Counted from the first letter of the stretch, positions 1-9,361 are shown. The stretch is 36,702 nucleotides of DNA from Minisyncoccia bacterium (GCA_049699995.1 JBNAWD010000001.1:28831-65532); one strand, 5' to 3'. The notes: generated from the letters alone by a model not told the origin. Numbers and translations: made by a program.

Positions 1-759
1 CAAAATATTCCCTATAAAGGAGAAATGGCTTCAAAAATTAGATCAGCTTTTGAAGCGGAGAAGGATAATTTTTTAATTTCTTTAGATTATTCTCAAATAG
101 AACTGAGGTTAGCAGCTCATTTATCTTCGGACCCTTTCTTATTAGAAGCTTTTTCTCAAAATAAAGACATTCATAAAATGACTGCTAGTTATCTTTTTCA
201 AGTAAAAGAAGAAGAGGTAACTGAAAAAATGAGAAATCAAGCAAAAATGTTAAATTATGGAATTTTATATGGTTTAGGAGATAAAAATTTAGCCAGTTAT
301 ACTGGCCTAACGCTAGAAGAAGCAAAAAAATTCAAAACAGAGTACTTTTCTAAGTTTTTTGGCTTAAAAAATTTCTTAGATTATTCTTTAGAAAAAGCCA
401 AACAATTGGGGTATGCGGAAACGATTTTTGGCCGAAAAAGATTCTTGCCTTTATTAGGGGCATATAACCAGCAAGGGAAAGAACAAGAAAGAGCTGCTCT
501 TAATATGCCTATTCAAGGATTGGCCGCTGATTTAATGAAAAAAACGATGATTGAAATAAATAAATATCTCAAAGAAAATCAGCTGGAAGAAGGAATAAAA
601 TTAATAATCCAAATCCACGATGAATTGATTTTTGAAGGAAAAAAAGAGATAATAAATAAAGTAAAAAATAGATTAATAGAAATAGCAGAAAATATTCACC
701 CCTTGAATGTTCCTTTGAAGGTGGAGGCAAAAATTGGAAAAAACCTTTCAGAAATTTAA
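1..759 (+). CDS. polA: DNA polymerase I, C-terminal polymerase domain (5'-truncated by window edge)
   Basis: Frame is open from base 1 (QNIP...). Motif A DYSQIELR, motif B AKMLNYGILYG, motif C QIHDEL. Confidence 0.97.
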   Translation, partial: QNIPYKGEMASKIRSAFEAEKDNFLISLDYSQIELRLAAHLSSDPFLLEAFSQNKDIHKMTASYLFQVKEEEVTEKMRNQAKMLNYGILYGLGDKNLASYTGLTLEEAKKFKTEYFSKFFGLKNFLDYSLEKAKQLGYAETIFGRKRFLPLLGAYNQQGKEQERAALNMPIQGLAADLMKKTMIEINKYLKENQLEEGIKLIIQIHDELIFEGKKEIINKVKNRLIEIAENIHPLNVPLKVEAKIGKNLSEI

Positions 760-770
760 TTGCTAATTAA

Positions 771-2096
771 ATGAAAAATTTCCTGACTTTAATCAAAAAA
801 CATATTTTTTCTAGCCAATCGATTAATTTCTTATTTTTGGGGATAAGTATTTTTTTTGCCTTTTCTTTCGTCTTTTTTATGCCAGAAATTATTCCCCTCC
901 CTTTAATCAAGACGCTTCTTGTCTTATTAGTTATTTTTTTCTACCTATTGAACTTTATTACTCTTTTAAAATTAATAAATCAAACTTTTAGGCTAGATTT
1001 AGAAACTATCCAGGTCAACGCTATTATTAAAAGTATTAGCGACCCTGTCATTGCCTATACAAAAGACTTTGAAATAGTTTTAGTAAATACAGCTTTAGAA
1101 GAATTGGTGGGGTTGCCTCGAGAAAAACTAATTGGAAAAATTATTCGACCGGAAATGGTCAGTGATTCTTTTTACGGGTTTTTAACCAGATTAATTTTCC
1201 CTTCTTTAGCTCCGCTTGTGTTAGAAAGGTCGACTGAAGGTTATCCTCAAGTAATCAAAGTGAAGTTTTTGGAGCCAAAGGAATATATTTTTGAAATTGT
1301 TACTTCTAAGGTTTTAGATGAAAAAGGAAGAGTTTATGGTTTCTTAAAAATTATTCATGATTTAACAAAAGAAGAAGAAATAAAGAGAACCCAATCAGAT
1401 TTTATCACTGTCGCTGCCCATCAATTAAGGACTCCTTTAGCCGGCGCGGCTTGGATTTTAGAAGTTTTAACCTCGGAAGACGCTGGTAAATTAAACGAAG
1501 ATCAAAAGAAACTATTGAATGATGCCCACCTCGCTCTCAAAGAAGCTTTAGCAACTACAGAAGGTTTGTTACAGGCAGCTCAAATTGAAAGTGGAAAATT
1601 AGGATTTCAATTTCAAAAAGCAGATTTGATTCAATTAATTCAAGAAACTTTAACAAAATTTGAACCAGTAGCAAAGAAGAATAATATCAAGCTAATCTTT
1701 TATCCGCCACCTCCTTTGCAAGAAATAATTATTGATTCGTTTAGGATAAAGTTGGTCTTGGAAATCCTAATTGATAATGCCGTAAAATACAATGTCAAAA
1801 ACGGAGAAGTGAGGGTAAGAGTTGACCTGCCAAAAAATCAACCCTTTGTTGTTGTTAGTGTTGAGGATACTGGCATAGGAATTCCCGAAGAAGAATTGCC
1901 TTATCTTTTCCAAAAATTTTTCCGTTCAAAAGTGGCAATGAAAGAAAAAACATCTGGATTAGGATTAGGCCTTTATTTAGCAAAGAATATTATCGAAAGG
2001 CACGGAGGAAAAATTTGGGTAAAATCTGTTTACCAAAGAGGTTCGATTTTCAGTTTTGCTTTGCCCCTAGACCCCTCTTTAATACCTAAATATTAA
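771..2096 (+). CDS. Membrane sensor histidine kinase (2 TM, PAS, HisKA, HATPase; PhoR/WalK-like)
   Basis: H-box AAHQLRTPL, N-box IDNAVKYN, G1 DTGIGIP, G2 GLGLGLY; hydrophobic N-terminus. Confidence 0.93.
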   Translation: MKNFLTLIKKHIFSSQSINFLFLGISIFFAFSFVFFMPEIIPLPLIKTLLVLLVIFFYLLNFITLLKLINQTFRLDLETIQVNAIIKSISDPVIAYTKDFEIVLVNTALEELVGLPREKLIGKIIRPEMVSDSFYGFLTRLIFPSLAPLVLERSTEGYPQVIKVKFLEPKEYIFEIVTSKVLDEKGRVYGFLKIIHDLTKEEEIKRTQSDFITVAAHQLRTPLAGAAWILEVLTSEDAGKLNEDQKKLLNDAHLALKEALATTEGLLQAAQIESGKLGFQFQKADLIQLIQETLTKFEPVAKKNNIKLIFYPPPPLQEIIIDSFRIKLVLEILIDNAVKYNVKNGEVRVRVDLPKNQPFVVVSVEDTGIGIPEEELPYLFQKFFRSKVAMKEKTSGLGLGLYLAKNIIERHGGKIWVKSVYQRGSIFSFALPLDPSLIPKY

Positions 2097-2104
2097 TAGC
2101 AAAT

Positions 2105-2974
2105 ATGCCTGAATTAGCTGAAGTAGAAACTATCATCCGACAACTAGAAAAAGAAATAATCAATAAGAAAATTGAGGATGTTTTTTGTTTCGCTCCAGTA
2201 GTTTTAAAAAATATCCCTCTTTCTTCTTTTAAGCGAGATGTTATGGGTCAAAGGATTAAAAAAATAGAAAGAAAAGGGAAGAATATTTTGATTTATTTAA
2301 GCAATGAATTAGTTATTCTAATTCATTTAAAATTAACTGGCCACCTTTTAATAGGAAAATATGATGCAAAAAACAACCAGTTGATACCAAGGGAAGAAAG
2401 ATTAAAAGACCCAATTAACCGCTTTATTCGATTGGCTTTTCTTTTAAATGATAATCGTTTTTTGGTTCTTTCGGATTTAAGAAAATTTGCTAAGATTTTA
2501 TTATTAAAACCGGAAGAACTAGAAAAAGAATTACAATCCATTGGGATTGATCCTTTAAGCAATGATTTTAATTTAACAAATTTTAAAAATTTATTAACGA
2601 AAAAGAGGGGCCCGATTAAAAAATTCTTAATGGATCAAAAATATATCAGTGGAATAGGAAATATTTATAGTTCGGAAATTTTATTTGAGGCTAGAATTCA
2701 TCCTTTAAAGAAGATTGAAAAATTAACCGAGGAAGAAATAAAAAATTTATATAAAGCCATAAAAAAGGTTCTTTTAAAAGCAATAAAATATCAAGGAACC
2801 TCTGCCCAAGATGAATCTTACCGTAATTTATATGGAGAAAAGGGTGGGTATGAAAAATTTTTAAAAGTTTATCAAAGAGAAGGTCAAAAATGTCTAAGAT
2901 GCGGCCAAGTAATTAAAAGGATAAAGATTGATAATCGCTCGGCTTTCTTTTGTCCTGATTGTCAAAAAATTTAA
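2105..2974 (+). CDS. mutM: Formamidopyrimidine-DNA glycosylase
   Basis: MPELAEVE N-terminus, HLKLTG, GIGNIYSSE H2TH motif, C-terminal CLRC...CPDCQ zinc finger. Confidence 0.97.
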   Translation: MPELAEVETIIRQLEKEIINKKIEDVFCFAPVVLKNIPLSSFKRDVMGQRIKKIERKGKNILIYLSNELVILIHLKLTGHLLIGKYDAKNNQLIPREERLKDPINRFIRLAFLLNDNRFLVLSDLRKFAKILLLKPEELEKELQSIGIDPLSNDFNLTNFKNLLTKKRGPIKKFLMDQKYISGIGNIYSSEILFEARIHPLKKIEKLTEEEIKNLYKAIKKVLLKAIKYQGTSAQDESYRNLYGEKGGYEKFLKVYQREGQKCLRCGQVIKRIKIDNRSAFFCPDCQKI

Positions 2975-3031
2975 ATATGCTTATTTTTTATATAATTTTT
3001 TATATACTTATTTTTAATATACTTATTTAAT

Positions 3032-3997
3032 ATGCTCGTTTTAATTTTCGGAGAAGATACTTTTTCTTCTTTATCTTATCTAAAAAAGATTTCAAATTAT
3101 TATCAAGAAAGGAAAGACTTTAATGTCCATCATTTTGATATTGAAGAAGAAAGCGCCGAGGAAGGATTGCAAAACTTTGTAAAAACAATTAAAAATGTTA
3201 ATCTTTTTGCCCTGAAGAGATTAATAATAGCTAAAAATTTGCTCTCCTTTTTGAAAGAAAAATCAAAAGATAACCTCTTGGAATTTTTAAAAAAATACGC
3301 TCTTCCTTTTAAGGATATCATTATTTTTTATGAAACTACAGATCAGAATAAAAAAATTGTTGATTGGTTTTTAAATAACCAACAAAAAGTTAAACATTTT
3401 CCTCTGCCTGACAAAAAAACATTTAAGCTGTTAATCAAGAATATTTCTAAAAATTACCAATATCAACTTTCTCCTTTGGTAATTAACCTTTTAATGGATT
3501 ACGTTTATCCCGACACCTGGTTTTTAAATCAAGTTTTAAGCAAACTTTCATTGATTAATAAAAAATTTATAGATGAAAAAACCTTTAAAGAGTATATTTT
3601 TTTGCCCTCCCAGCCTTATATTTTTGATTTTTTAGATGCCTTGATTTTAAAAAACCCCATAAAAACTTTTTATATTTTAGAAGAATTAAAAAAAGAAGCC
3701 GGTTATCATCCTTTATATATTTTTAAAATGATAGAAAAAGAAATAAAAAATTTAATGATAATAAAAAAAACCCAAGAATTAAAAATAAAACCGCCTAAAA
3801 ACTTTTCCTTGAACAATTTTGCCCTTAGAAAACTTAGTTTATTAGCTTCTCGGTTAAAGTTTGAAGAACTAAAAAAAACTTATTATCTTTTATTTTATTA
3901 CGATAAAAAAATAAAAGAAGGCGCCCTAGACGCCCCTTCGGCTTTAGATCTTTTACTTTTCAATATTTTATTTTCTTATAAATATGTATCAATTTAA
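3032..3997 (+). CDS. holA: DNA polymerase III delta subunit
   Basis: N-terminal LIFGED, NLFA..RLII, IFDFLDA, C-terminal DKKIKEG; typical length. Confidence 0.85.
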   Translation: MLVLIFGEDTFSSLSYLKKISNYYQERKDFNVHHFDIEEESAEEGLQNFVKTIKNVNLFALKRLIIAKNLLSFLKEKSKDNLLEFLKKYALPFKDIIIFYETTDQNKKIVDWFLNNQQKVKHFPLPDKKTFKLLIKNISKNYQYQLSPLVINLLMDYVYPDTWFLNQVLSKLSLINKKFIDEKTFKEYIFLPSQPYIFDFLDALILKNPIKTFYILEELKKEAGYHPLYIFKMIEKEIKNLMIIKKTQELKIKPPKNFSLNNFALRKLSLLASRLKFEELKKTYYLLFYYDKKIKEGALDAPSALDLLLFNILFSYKYVSI

Positions 3998-4394
3998 AAA
4001 ATTGCACCATCCAGCTGATATTAAAATTCTGGTTAAAGCTGACAGTATTAAAAATTTATTTATTGGCTCAGCTAGGGCTTTAGCCGAGATTTTATCTTCC
4101 AAGGAAAATGTTAGAAAAGACCAAGTAATAGAAAAAGAAATTTCTCTTCAATCAATTGATATTAGCTCCCTTTTAATAGATTTCTTAAGCCAAATTTTAG
4201 CTTTTTCCGACATAGAAAATGCTATTTTTAAAGAAATAGAAATAATAAAATTAACAGAAAATGAGGTTTTTGCTAAAATAAAAGGACAGCCAGTAACAAA
4301 ATTTGATCAAGAAATTAAGGCTGTCACTTATTACCAATCATTAATAGAAAAACAAGGAAATCTTTATACTACCACTATTCTTTTTGATATATGA
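3984..4394 (+). CDS. Archease (RtcB cofactor)
   Basis: HPADI (HTAD-like), IKAVTYY, C-terminal FDI; ATGA overlap with rtcB. Confidence 0.92.
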   Translation: MYQFKKLHHPADIKILVKADSIKNLFIGSARALAEILSSKENVRKDQVIEKEISLQSIDISSLLIDFLSQILAFSDIENAIFKEIEIIKLTENEVFAKIKGQPVTKFDQEIKAVTYYQSLIEKQGNLYTTTILFDI

Positions 4395-5830
4395 TTTCTA
4401 AAAAAGATCTAATAAAAATCAACGATTATCTTTGGGAGATTCCTAAAAGTTTTAAAGCAGAAATGAAGGTTCCTGCACGTGTCTATAGTTCGGAAAAAAT
4501 GATTGAAGAAATTTTAAAAGATCGATCTCTAATTCAATTAATTAATCTTTGCTGTCTTAAGGGTATTGTTAGATATGGTTTAGCAATGCCAGATTGTCAT
4601 GAGGGTTATGCTTCGCCAATTGGCGGGGTGGCAGCCATTAAAATAGATGAAGGTATTATTTCTCCGGGTATGTGTGGATATGATATTAATTGTGGAATGA
4701 AGATTTTACTTTCCTCTTTAAAAATAAATGAAATTCAACCCTATTTAGAAAAATTAGCTCAAGAAATTTATGAAACTGTGCCTTCAGGTTTAGGTAAGGG
4801 ACATTCTAAAAAATTAGACCTTCATTATCTGGATCAAATTTTAGAAAAAGGAGCGTTAAAATTATTAGAAGATAATTTGGCGGAAAAAGAAGATATTATC
4901 AATTGCGAAGCTCAAAGTCATCTTCCTTGGGCAAAAGCAGAATTTGTTTCTTCTTTAGCTAAAGAAAGAGGAAGAGATCAATTGGGAACCTTGGGAAGTG
5001 GTAATCATTTTCTGGAAATTCAAAAAGTATCAGAAATATTTGACGAAGAAGTAGCAAAAAATTTTGGTCTTTTTAAAGATCAAGTCGTAAATATGATTCA
5101 TACTGGTTCTCGGGGTCTCGGTCATCAAATCGCTACAGATTACATCCGCCAATTTTTAGGGTTAATGAAAAGATATAATATTTTTGTCCCTGATAGAGAA
5201 TTTGCCTGTGTCCCTTTTAATTCGGTAGAAGGTCAGAGGTATTTTTCGGCTATGGCTTGTGGAGCTAATTTTGCTTGGGCGAACCGACAAATGATTACTT
5301 ATTATGTCAGAAAGGCTTGGAAAAAAATAATTGGCAATCAACCTTTAAAAGCGTTATATGATGTGGCTCATAACATTATCAAAAAAGAAACATATAATAT
5401 CAATGGTCAAAATTTAGAGTTAGCCGTTCATCGAAAAGGAGCAACAAGAGCTTTCCCGCCCCATCATCCTGAAATTCCAAAAGAATTTTTTAATGTCGGT
5501 CAGCCAGTTTTAATTCCTGGTTCTATGGGCACCGCTTCTTATATTCTAGTGGGAACAGAAAAGGCAGAAGAATCCTTTTACAGTACCTGTCATGGCGCTG
5601 GCCGAACGATGTCAAGACACTTAGCAGTAAAGTCTTTATCAGTTAATGAAATAATAAATCAATTGAAGAAAAAAAATATTATTTTTAAATGCGCTTCTTT
5701 AAAAGGATTGCAAGAAGAAGCGCCAGAGGCTTATAAAAACATAGAGGAAGTAGTGGAAGTAGTTCATCAGGCTGGCTTATCCAAAAAAGTGGCAAAGTTA
5801 GTACCCCTTGCGGTAATTAAAGGGGAATGA
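4391..5830 (+). CDS. rtcB: RNA 3'-phosphate/5'-OH ligase RtcB (archaeal/eukaryote-like type)
   Basis: PDCHEGY, GYDINCG, GSGNHF, HTGSRG, HRKGAT, PGSMG, HGAGR, EEAPEAYK. Confidence 0.97.
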   Translation: MISKKDLIKINDYLWEIPKSFKAEMKVPARVYSSEKMIEEILKDRSLIQLINLCCLKGIVRYGLAMPDCHEGYASPIGGVAAIKIDEGIISPGMCGYDINCGMKILLSSLKINEIQPYLEKLAQEIYETVPSGLGKGHSKKLDLHYLDQILEKGALKLLEDNLAEKEDIINCEAQSHLPWAKAEFVSSLAKERGRDQLGTLGSGNHFLEIQKVSEIFDEEVAKNFGLFKDQVVNMIHTGSRGLGHQIATDYIRQFLGLMKRYNIFVPDREFACVPFNSVEGQRYFSAMACGANFAWANRQMITYYVRKAWKKIIGNQPLKALYDVAHNIIKKETYNINGQNLELAVHRKGATRAFPPHHPEIPKEFFNVGQPVLIPGSMGTASYILVGTEKAEESFYSTCHGAGRTMSRHLAVKSLSVNEIINQLKKKNIIFKCASLKGLQEEAPEAYKNIEEVVEVVHQAGLSKKVAKLVPLAVIKGE

Positions 5831-5876
5831 TAGAATAACTATTAAGGAAAAGGTCGGAAATAAAAAGATAAAAAAT

Positions 5877-6128
5877 ATGGAAAAATTAATTGGTAAAGTT
5901 AATCATTATTTTAATAAAATTAGTGTTGCCATTGTAGAATTAGTAGATAATATAAGAGTAGGAAATAAAATTAAAATAAAAGACAAGGATAGAGAGATTG
6001 AACAAGAAGTAACCTCTTTGCAAGTTGACCACCAAAATGTCCAGGAGGCCAAAAAAGGAGAAATGGTTGGTATGAAAGTAGAAGGAAAGGTAAAAGAAGG
6101 CGATGAGGTTTATTTAATCACTGAGTAG
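5877..6128 (+). CDS. Small stand-alone beta-barrel protein (EF-Tu domain II / U32 C-terminal-like)
   Basis: IGKVNHYF..ISVA, VGNKI, V.SLQVDH..V..AKKG..VG pattern. Confidence 0.75.
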   Translation: MEKLIGKVNHYFNKISVAIVELVDNIRVGNKIKIKDKDREIEQEVTSLQVDHQNVQEAKKGEMVGMKVEGKVKEGDEVYLITE

Positions 6129-6154
6129 AATAAATTCATAATTATTTTAAAGAG

Positions 6155-7354
6155 ATGAGGTCTCTTTCTTCTTTATTTTATTTTACAGAAAGTGTAATGA
6201 TTTTAGCGGGTATCATTATTGGGGCAGGGGTTTTTGTATTGCCCTATACCGCTTATATTTCTGGTTTAATCCCAACCTTCTTTTGGTTAATTATTTCATT
6301 ATTTCTTATTACTTATCTCCATCTCGCTTTCGGAGAAATTATTTTAAAGACAAAAGAAGAGTATCGTTTGGTAGGATATACAGATTATTATTTAGGAAAG
6401 AAAGCCAAAATTTTAATTTCTTTAACTACCTTTTTAACATTTTCTTTTACTCTTTTAGTTTATCTCCTTTTAGGTGCTCAGTTTTTAAATAATATTTTTT
6501 CCTCCATTTTTCATGCTTCCTTTTCGACATTTTATGTCTTTTTAATTCTTTGGTTTTTGCTTAATATGATCACCCTTTTTCCTGACCAAAAAGGAGTGGT
6601 AAGTTTTAATTTCTTTCTTTCTTTTTTTATTTTGTTATTGTTTCTTTTAATTATTCTTTTTTACTATCCCTTTTTTCAGTTTAAAAATTTAAATTTTGTG
6701 CCGGTTTTTGAATCTCCTTTTAATTATTTTTTAAAATTAATTTTGCCATATGGTGTAATCTTTTTTGCCTTAAATGGACTGGTTGGTGTGCCGGAGCTAA
6801 TTAAAAATTTTAAAAATAAAAAAATATCATCAGAAAAAATAAAAAAAGCCATTATTATTGGCACCTTGATTCCAGCTATTTGTTATTTTTCTTTTATATT
6901 GTTTATTAACGGTTTTTGTGGCGAAAATGTGACCAAAGACGCTATTGGAGGTTTAAAACCTGTTATTGGAGAAAAAATTGTTATTTTAGGAAGTTTAATA
7001 GGTTTTCTAGCGGTGGCTACTTCCTATATTATTTTTGCTTTATATTTAAAAAATACCTTTTTAAAAGATTTCTCCCTTTCTCCTTTGTTAAGTAATTCCT
7101 TAATTTTTATTTTACCGCTCCTTTTTTATCTTCTTAATCTAAAAAATATTGTAAGTTTAATTTCTTTTTTGGGCGGATTAATAGGAGGAATGGAAGGTTT
7201 AATGGTTTTACTTATTTTCAAAAAAATAAAATCAATGAACACTAATTATTATCCCTATTCTTTGCCTTATAATAATTTTATTTTTATTTTCTTTTTAGTT
7301 ATACTAATTTTTGGAGCTTTGTGCCAAACCTTTCTTGTTCCTTTAATTAGTTAA
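6155..7354 (+). CDS. Amino acid permease (aromatic amino acid/HAAAP-like)
   Basis: GIIIGAGVFVLPY N-terminal motif, about 11 hydrophobic segments, AVATSY. Confidence 0.85.
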   Translation: MRSLSSLFYFTESVMILAGIIIGAGVFVLPYTAYISGLIPTFFWLIISLFLITYLHLAFGEIILKTKEEYRLVGYTDYYLGKKAKILISLTTFLTFSFTLLVYLLLGAQFLNNIFSSIFHASFSTFYVFLILWFLLNMITLFPDQKGVVSFNFFLSFFILLLFLLIILFYYPFFQFKNLNFVPVFESPFNYFLKLILPYGVIFFALNGLVGVPELIKNFKNKKISSEKIKKAIIIGTLIPAICYFSFILFINGFCGENVTKDAIGGLKPVIGEKIVILGSLIGFLAVATSYIIFALYLKNTFLKDFSLSPLLSNSLIFILPLLFYLLNLKNIVSLISFLGGLIGGMEGLMVLLIFKKIKSMNTNYYPYSLPYNNFIFIFFLVILIFGALCQTFLVPLIS

Positions 7355-7426
7355 GCCCTCGTAGTTTAATGGATAAAACTCAGGCCTCCGGAGCCTGCAA
7401 TGCAGGTTCGATTCCTGCCGAGGGCA
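7355..7426 (+). tRNA. tRNA-Arg(CCG), CCA not encoded
   Basis: Acceptor GCCCTCG/CGAGGGC, D arm GTTT/AAAC, anticodon arm CAGGC-CTCCGGA-GCCTG, T arm GCAGG-TTCGATT-CCTGC. Confidence 0.96.
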
Positions 7427-7461
7427 CATTTTAGTAAAAAATTTTTTCGTATTGTTTGTTT

Positions 7462-7489
7462 CAGAAATTCTTAGGAATTTCTGTTTTTT
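7462..7489 (+). terminator. Intrinsic terminator after the tRNA
   Basis: CAGAAATTC-TTAG-GAATTTCTG followed by T6. Confidence 0.8.
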
Positions 7490-7524
7490 ATTTCACCCTT
7501 TACTTTTTCTCTAATTTAGGATAA

Positions 7525-7587
7525 TATAATTTAGGGTTAGGCATAATGCTTAACTCAATCTGTACCTTGAAACTCAAAAGAGGAGGT
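7525..7587 (+). promoter_or_regulatory. Leader: TATAAT, hairpin, boxA-like TGTACCTTGAAA, strong SD
   Basis: TATAAT 7525-30; hairpin GGGTTAGGCA-TAA-TGCTTAACTC; TGTACCTTGAAA 7561-72; GAGGAGGT before ATG 7595. Confidence 0.5.
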
Positions 7588-7594
7588 CAAAGTC

Positions 7595-7870
7595 ATGAAT
7601 TTGTTTTCGTTGGCGATTGTAATTGGATTAACAGGATTGATTATGTTGCTTGTGGGAATTGGCCTTGGGAAACTATTCAGGACAACTGAAAAAATCCATA
7701 GACGTGGCTTTGATCGGCCCCTGAACTTAAATTTCACCGAACAAAGGATATTGTATTTCCACAACCTCGATATATCGATACCGATCACTTTTGTTTTTGT
7801 CGGCGGATTACTAATTATCGCATCAGTAGTAATAGCTATCTTGGGTATCGTCCAGAAATTCCTAGGTTAA
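7595..7870 (+). CDS. Hypothetical 2-TM membrane protein
   Basis: Strong SD, two hydrophobic helices; visibly more GC-rich than the flanks. Confidence 0.75.
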   Translation: MNLFSLAIVIGLTGLIMLLVGIGLGKLFRTTEKIHRRGFDRPLNLNFTEQRILYFHNLDISIPITFVFVGGLLIIASVVIAILGIVQKFLG

Positions 7871-7895
7871 AGTTAAATAAGAAAGGAGGAGGAGT

Positions 7896-8348
7896 ATGAT
7901 GTACGAAGAAAAGAATCATCCTTTTGTAGTTGGAGCCATTACTGGTTGTATTCTATGGGTAATCAGTTTCGGTTTCATTCACGCTTACGTGATTAGCCCC
8001 GACTGGGAAGTAATGGAGCAGAATACAATTAATGCAATTTTTGGTTGGCGGCCGTTTATAGCATTGGTAGTCACCGGGTTCGTTTTCGGTTTGTCTGTCG
8101 AGGTTGCTAGATTCATCGGAGTTGTATTCCGTTCCGAGGGAGCAATCCTTTTTCTACCCGTTTTCGCAGGCGCTGTGATTGGTGCGCTTCAAGGGAAGTT
8201 CGTTGCATCCAACTTATGGGGATTCGCGCCTGGTACAGTATTCAGAGATGAGTATTTTCGTCTTTGGACCGGAGCCGTAGGTGGTCTAATTCTCAGTGTT
8301 CCGACAGTGGTAATTGGTATTATTATTCGACACAGAAGTAGACCGTAG
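7896..8348 (+). CDS. Hypothetical 4-TM membrane protein
   Basis: SD AAAGGAGGAGGAG; four Gly-rich hydrophobic segments. Confidence 0.78.
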   Translation: MMYEEKNHPFVVGAITGCILWVISFGFIHAYVISPDWEVMEQNTINAIFGWRPFIALVVTGFVFGLSVEVARFIGVVFRSEGAILFLPVFAGAVIGALQGKFVASNLWGFAPGTVFRDEYFRLWTGAVGGLILSVPTVVIGIIIRHRSRP

Positions 8349-8541
8349 TAAAAGAACCATTGAATAAAGAACTAAGAAGGAAAATAAAATCATTGAGTAT
8401 AATTGGTCCTCCTCGTGTTCTTGTGATAGCGATTCATGCAAGCTATGGTGAAAATCGAGGACCGCACGCCGGACTTCACCGTGAACGAATTTGTAGCGAG
8501 TACAGTGCCAGTTAGATTCATTCATGAACGTTTAATCTCAT

Positions 8542-8594
8542 GCCCATTGAGAGTTTCGTCAACGACGAAAAATCTCAATGGGCTTTTTCTTTTT
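8542..8594 (+). terminator. Long intrinsic terminator
   Basis: GCCCATTGAGA/TCTCAATGGGC outer stem, TTTCGTC/GACGAAA inner stem, then TTTTTCTTTTT. Confidence 0.8.
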
Positions 8595-8635
8595 GTATTG
8601 GTTCGAACTATTTTCAACATAGAGCACCCGAGGAG

Positions 8636-8664
8636 TTGACTTATTATTTTTTTCTGGCTAAAAT
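8636..8664 (+). promoter_or_regulatory. Sigma70-type promoter for the GerMN gene
   Basis: TTGACT-17 bp-TAAAAT. Confidence 0.65.
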
Positions 8665-8710
8665 TTTATTAAGGGTCTTTTGTTAACTTTTTAAAAAATA
8701 ATTAAAAAAT

Positions 8711-9343
8711 ATGAAACAAAATTTTTTCTTATTCATTTTAGTTCTCCTTTTAGCTGTTGCTGGATTTTTTGTTTACCTTCAAAAAAATTATCTATCCCTT
8801 TCTAACAAAGATTTTATTCCTAACTATAGCTCTTCTTCGGTTACCAGCTTACCTTCAACATTGCCAGTTAAAATTTATTTTAGCAACGAGAAATTAAATC
8901 CCAACTTAAAAGATTGCTCTTTAGTTTATCCAGTAAACAGAACTATTTCTTTAAACGGAGATCCATTTTTGCAAACACTTAATCTTTTGTTTCTAGGCCC
9001 TACTGAGCAAGAAAAAGCTGAAGGATATACTTCTGTTTTTTCTCCGGAAAATAAAGATATTTTAAAAAACCTGGATATTTCTCCCGACGGCATTGTTTAT
9101 ATAGATCTTTATGATATTCGTTCTATTATGCCCGAAGTTTCTTCTTCTTGTGGCAGTAGTCAGTTTATGAAAAGTATCGAAGAAACTTTAAAGCAGTTTC
9201 AATTAGTTAAAAAGGTAATTTTTGCTATTAATGGTGATCCCCAAATGTTTTATGAATGGGTTCAATTGGGGTGCTCGGAGGAAAATAATAATTGCGATAA
9301 AACTCCCTTCTTAAAATTTTATTCTAACCAAGAAAGTCAATAA
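8711..9343 (+). CDS. GerMN-domain exported/membrane-anchored protein
   Basis: N-terminal TM; VKIYF..., VYPVNR, LGPTEQEK..GY.S, SSCG, IEETLKQF..VKKVIFAING. Confidence 0.8.
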   Translation: MKQNFFLFILVLLLAVAGFFVYLQKNYLSLSNKDFIPNYSSSSVTSLPSTLPVKIYFSNEKLNPNLKDCSLVYPVNRTISLNGDPFLQTLNLLFLGPTEQEKAEGYTSVFSPENKDILKNLDISPDGIVYIDLYDIRSIMPEVSSSCGSSQFMKSIEETLKQFQLVKKVIFAINGDPQMFYEWVQLGCSEENNNCDKTPFLKFYSNQESQ

Positions 9344-9361
9344 TCTCTAGCCAAAAAATCT

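Noticed and set aside
2975-3035. Repeated TAT(A/G)CTTATTT units upstream of holA
   Set aside because: Low-complexity AT-rich sequence; cannot be separated from chance or overlapping -10 boxes.
5848-5856. AAAAGGTCG upstream of the small barrel gene as an alternative initiation signal
   Set aside because: Only one intergenic occurrence noticed, about 20 nt from the ATG; insufficient evidence.
8599-8635. Possible att remnant (GGTTCGAA...CCGAGG) of tRNA-Arg
   Set aside because: Match is too short and interrupted; no integrase.
8286-8639. ORFs 8286-8525(-) and 8436-8639(+)
   Set aside because: No SD in an SD-using island, no motifs; one crosses the terminator and the other overlaps the upstream gene.
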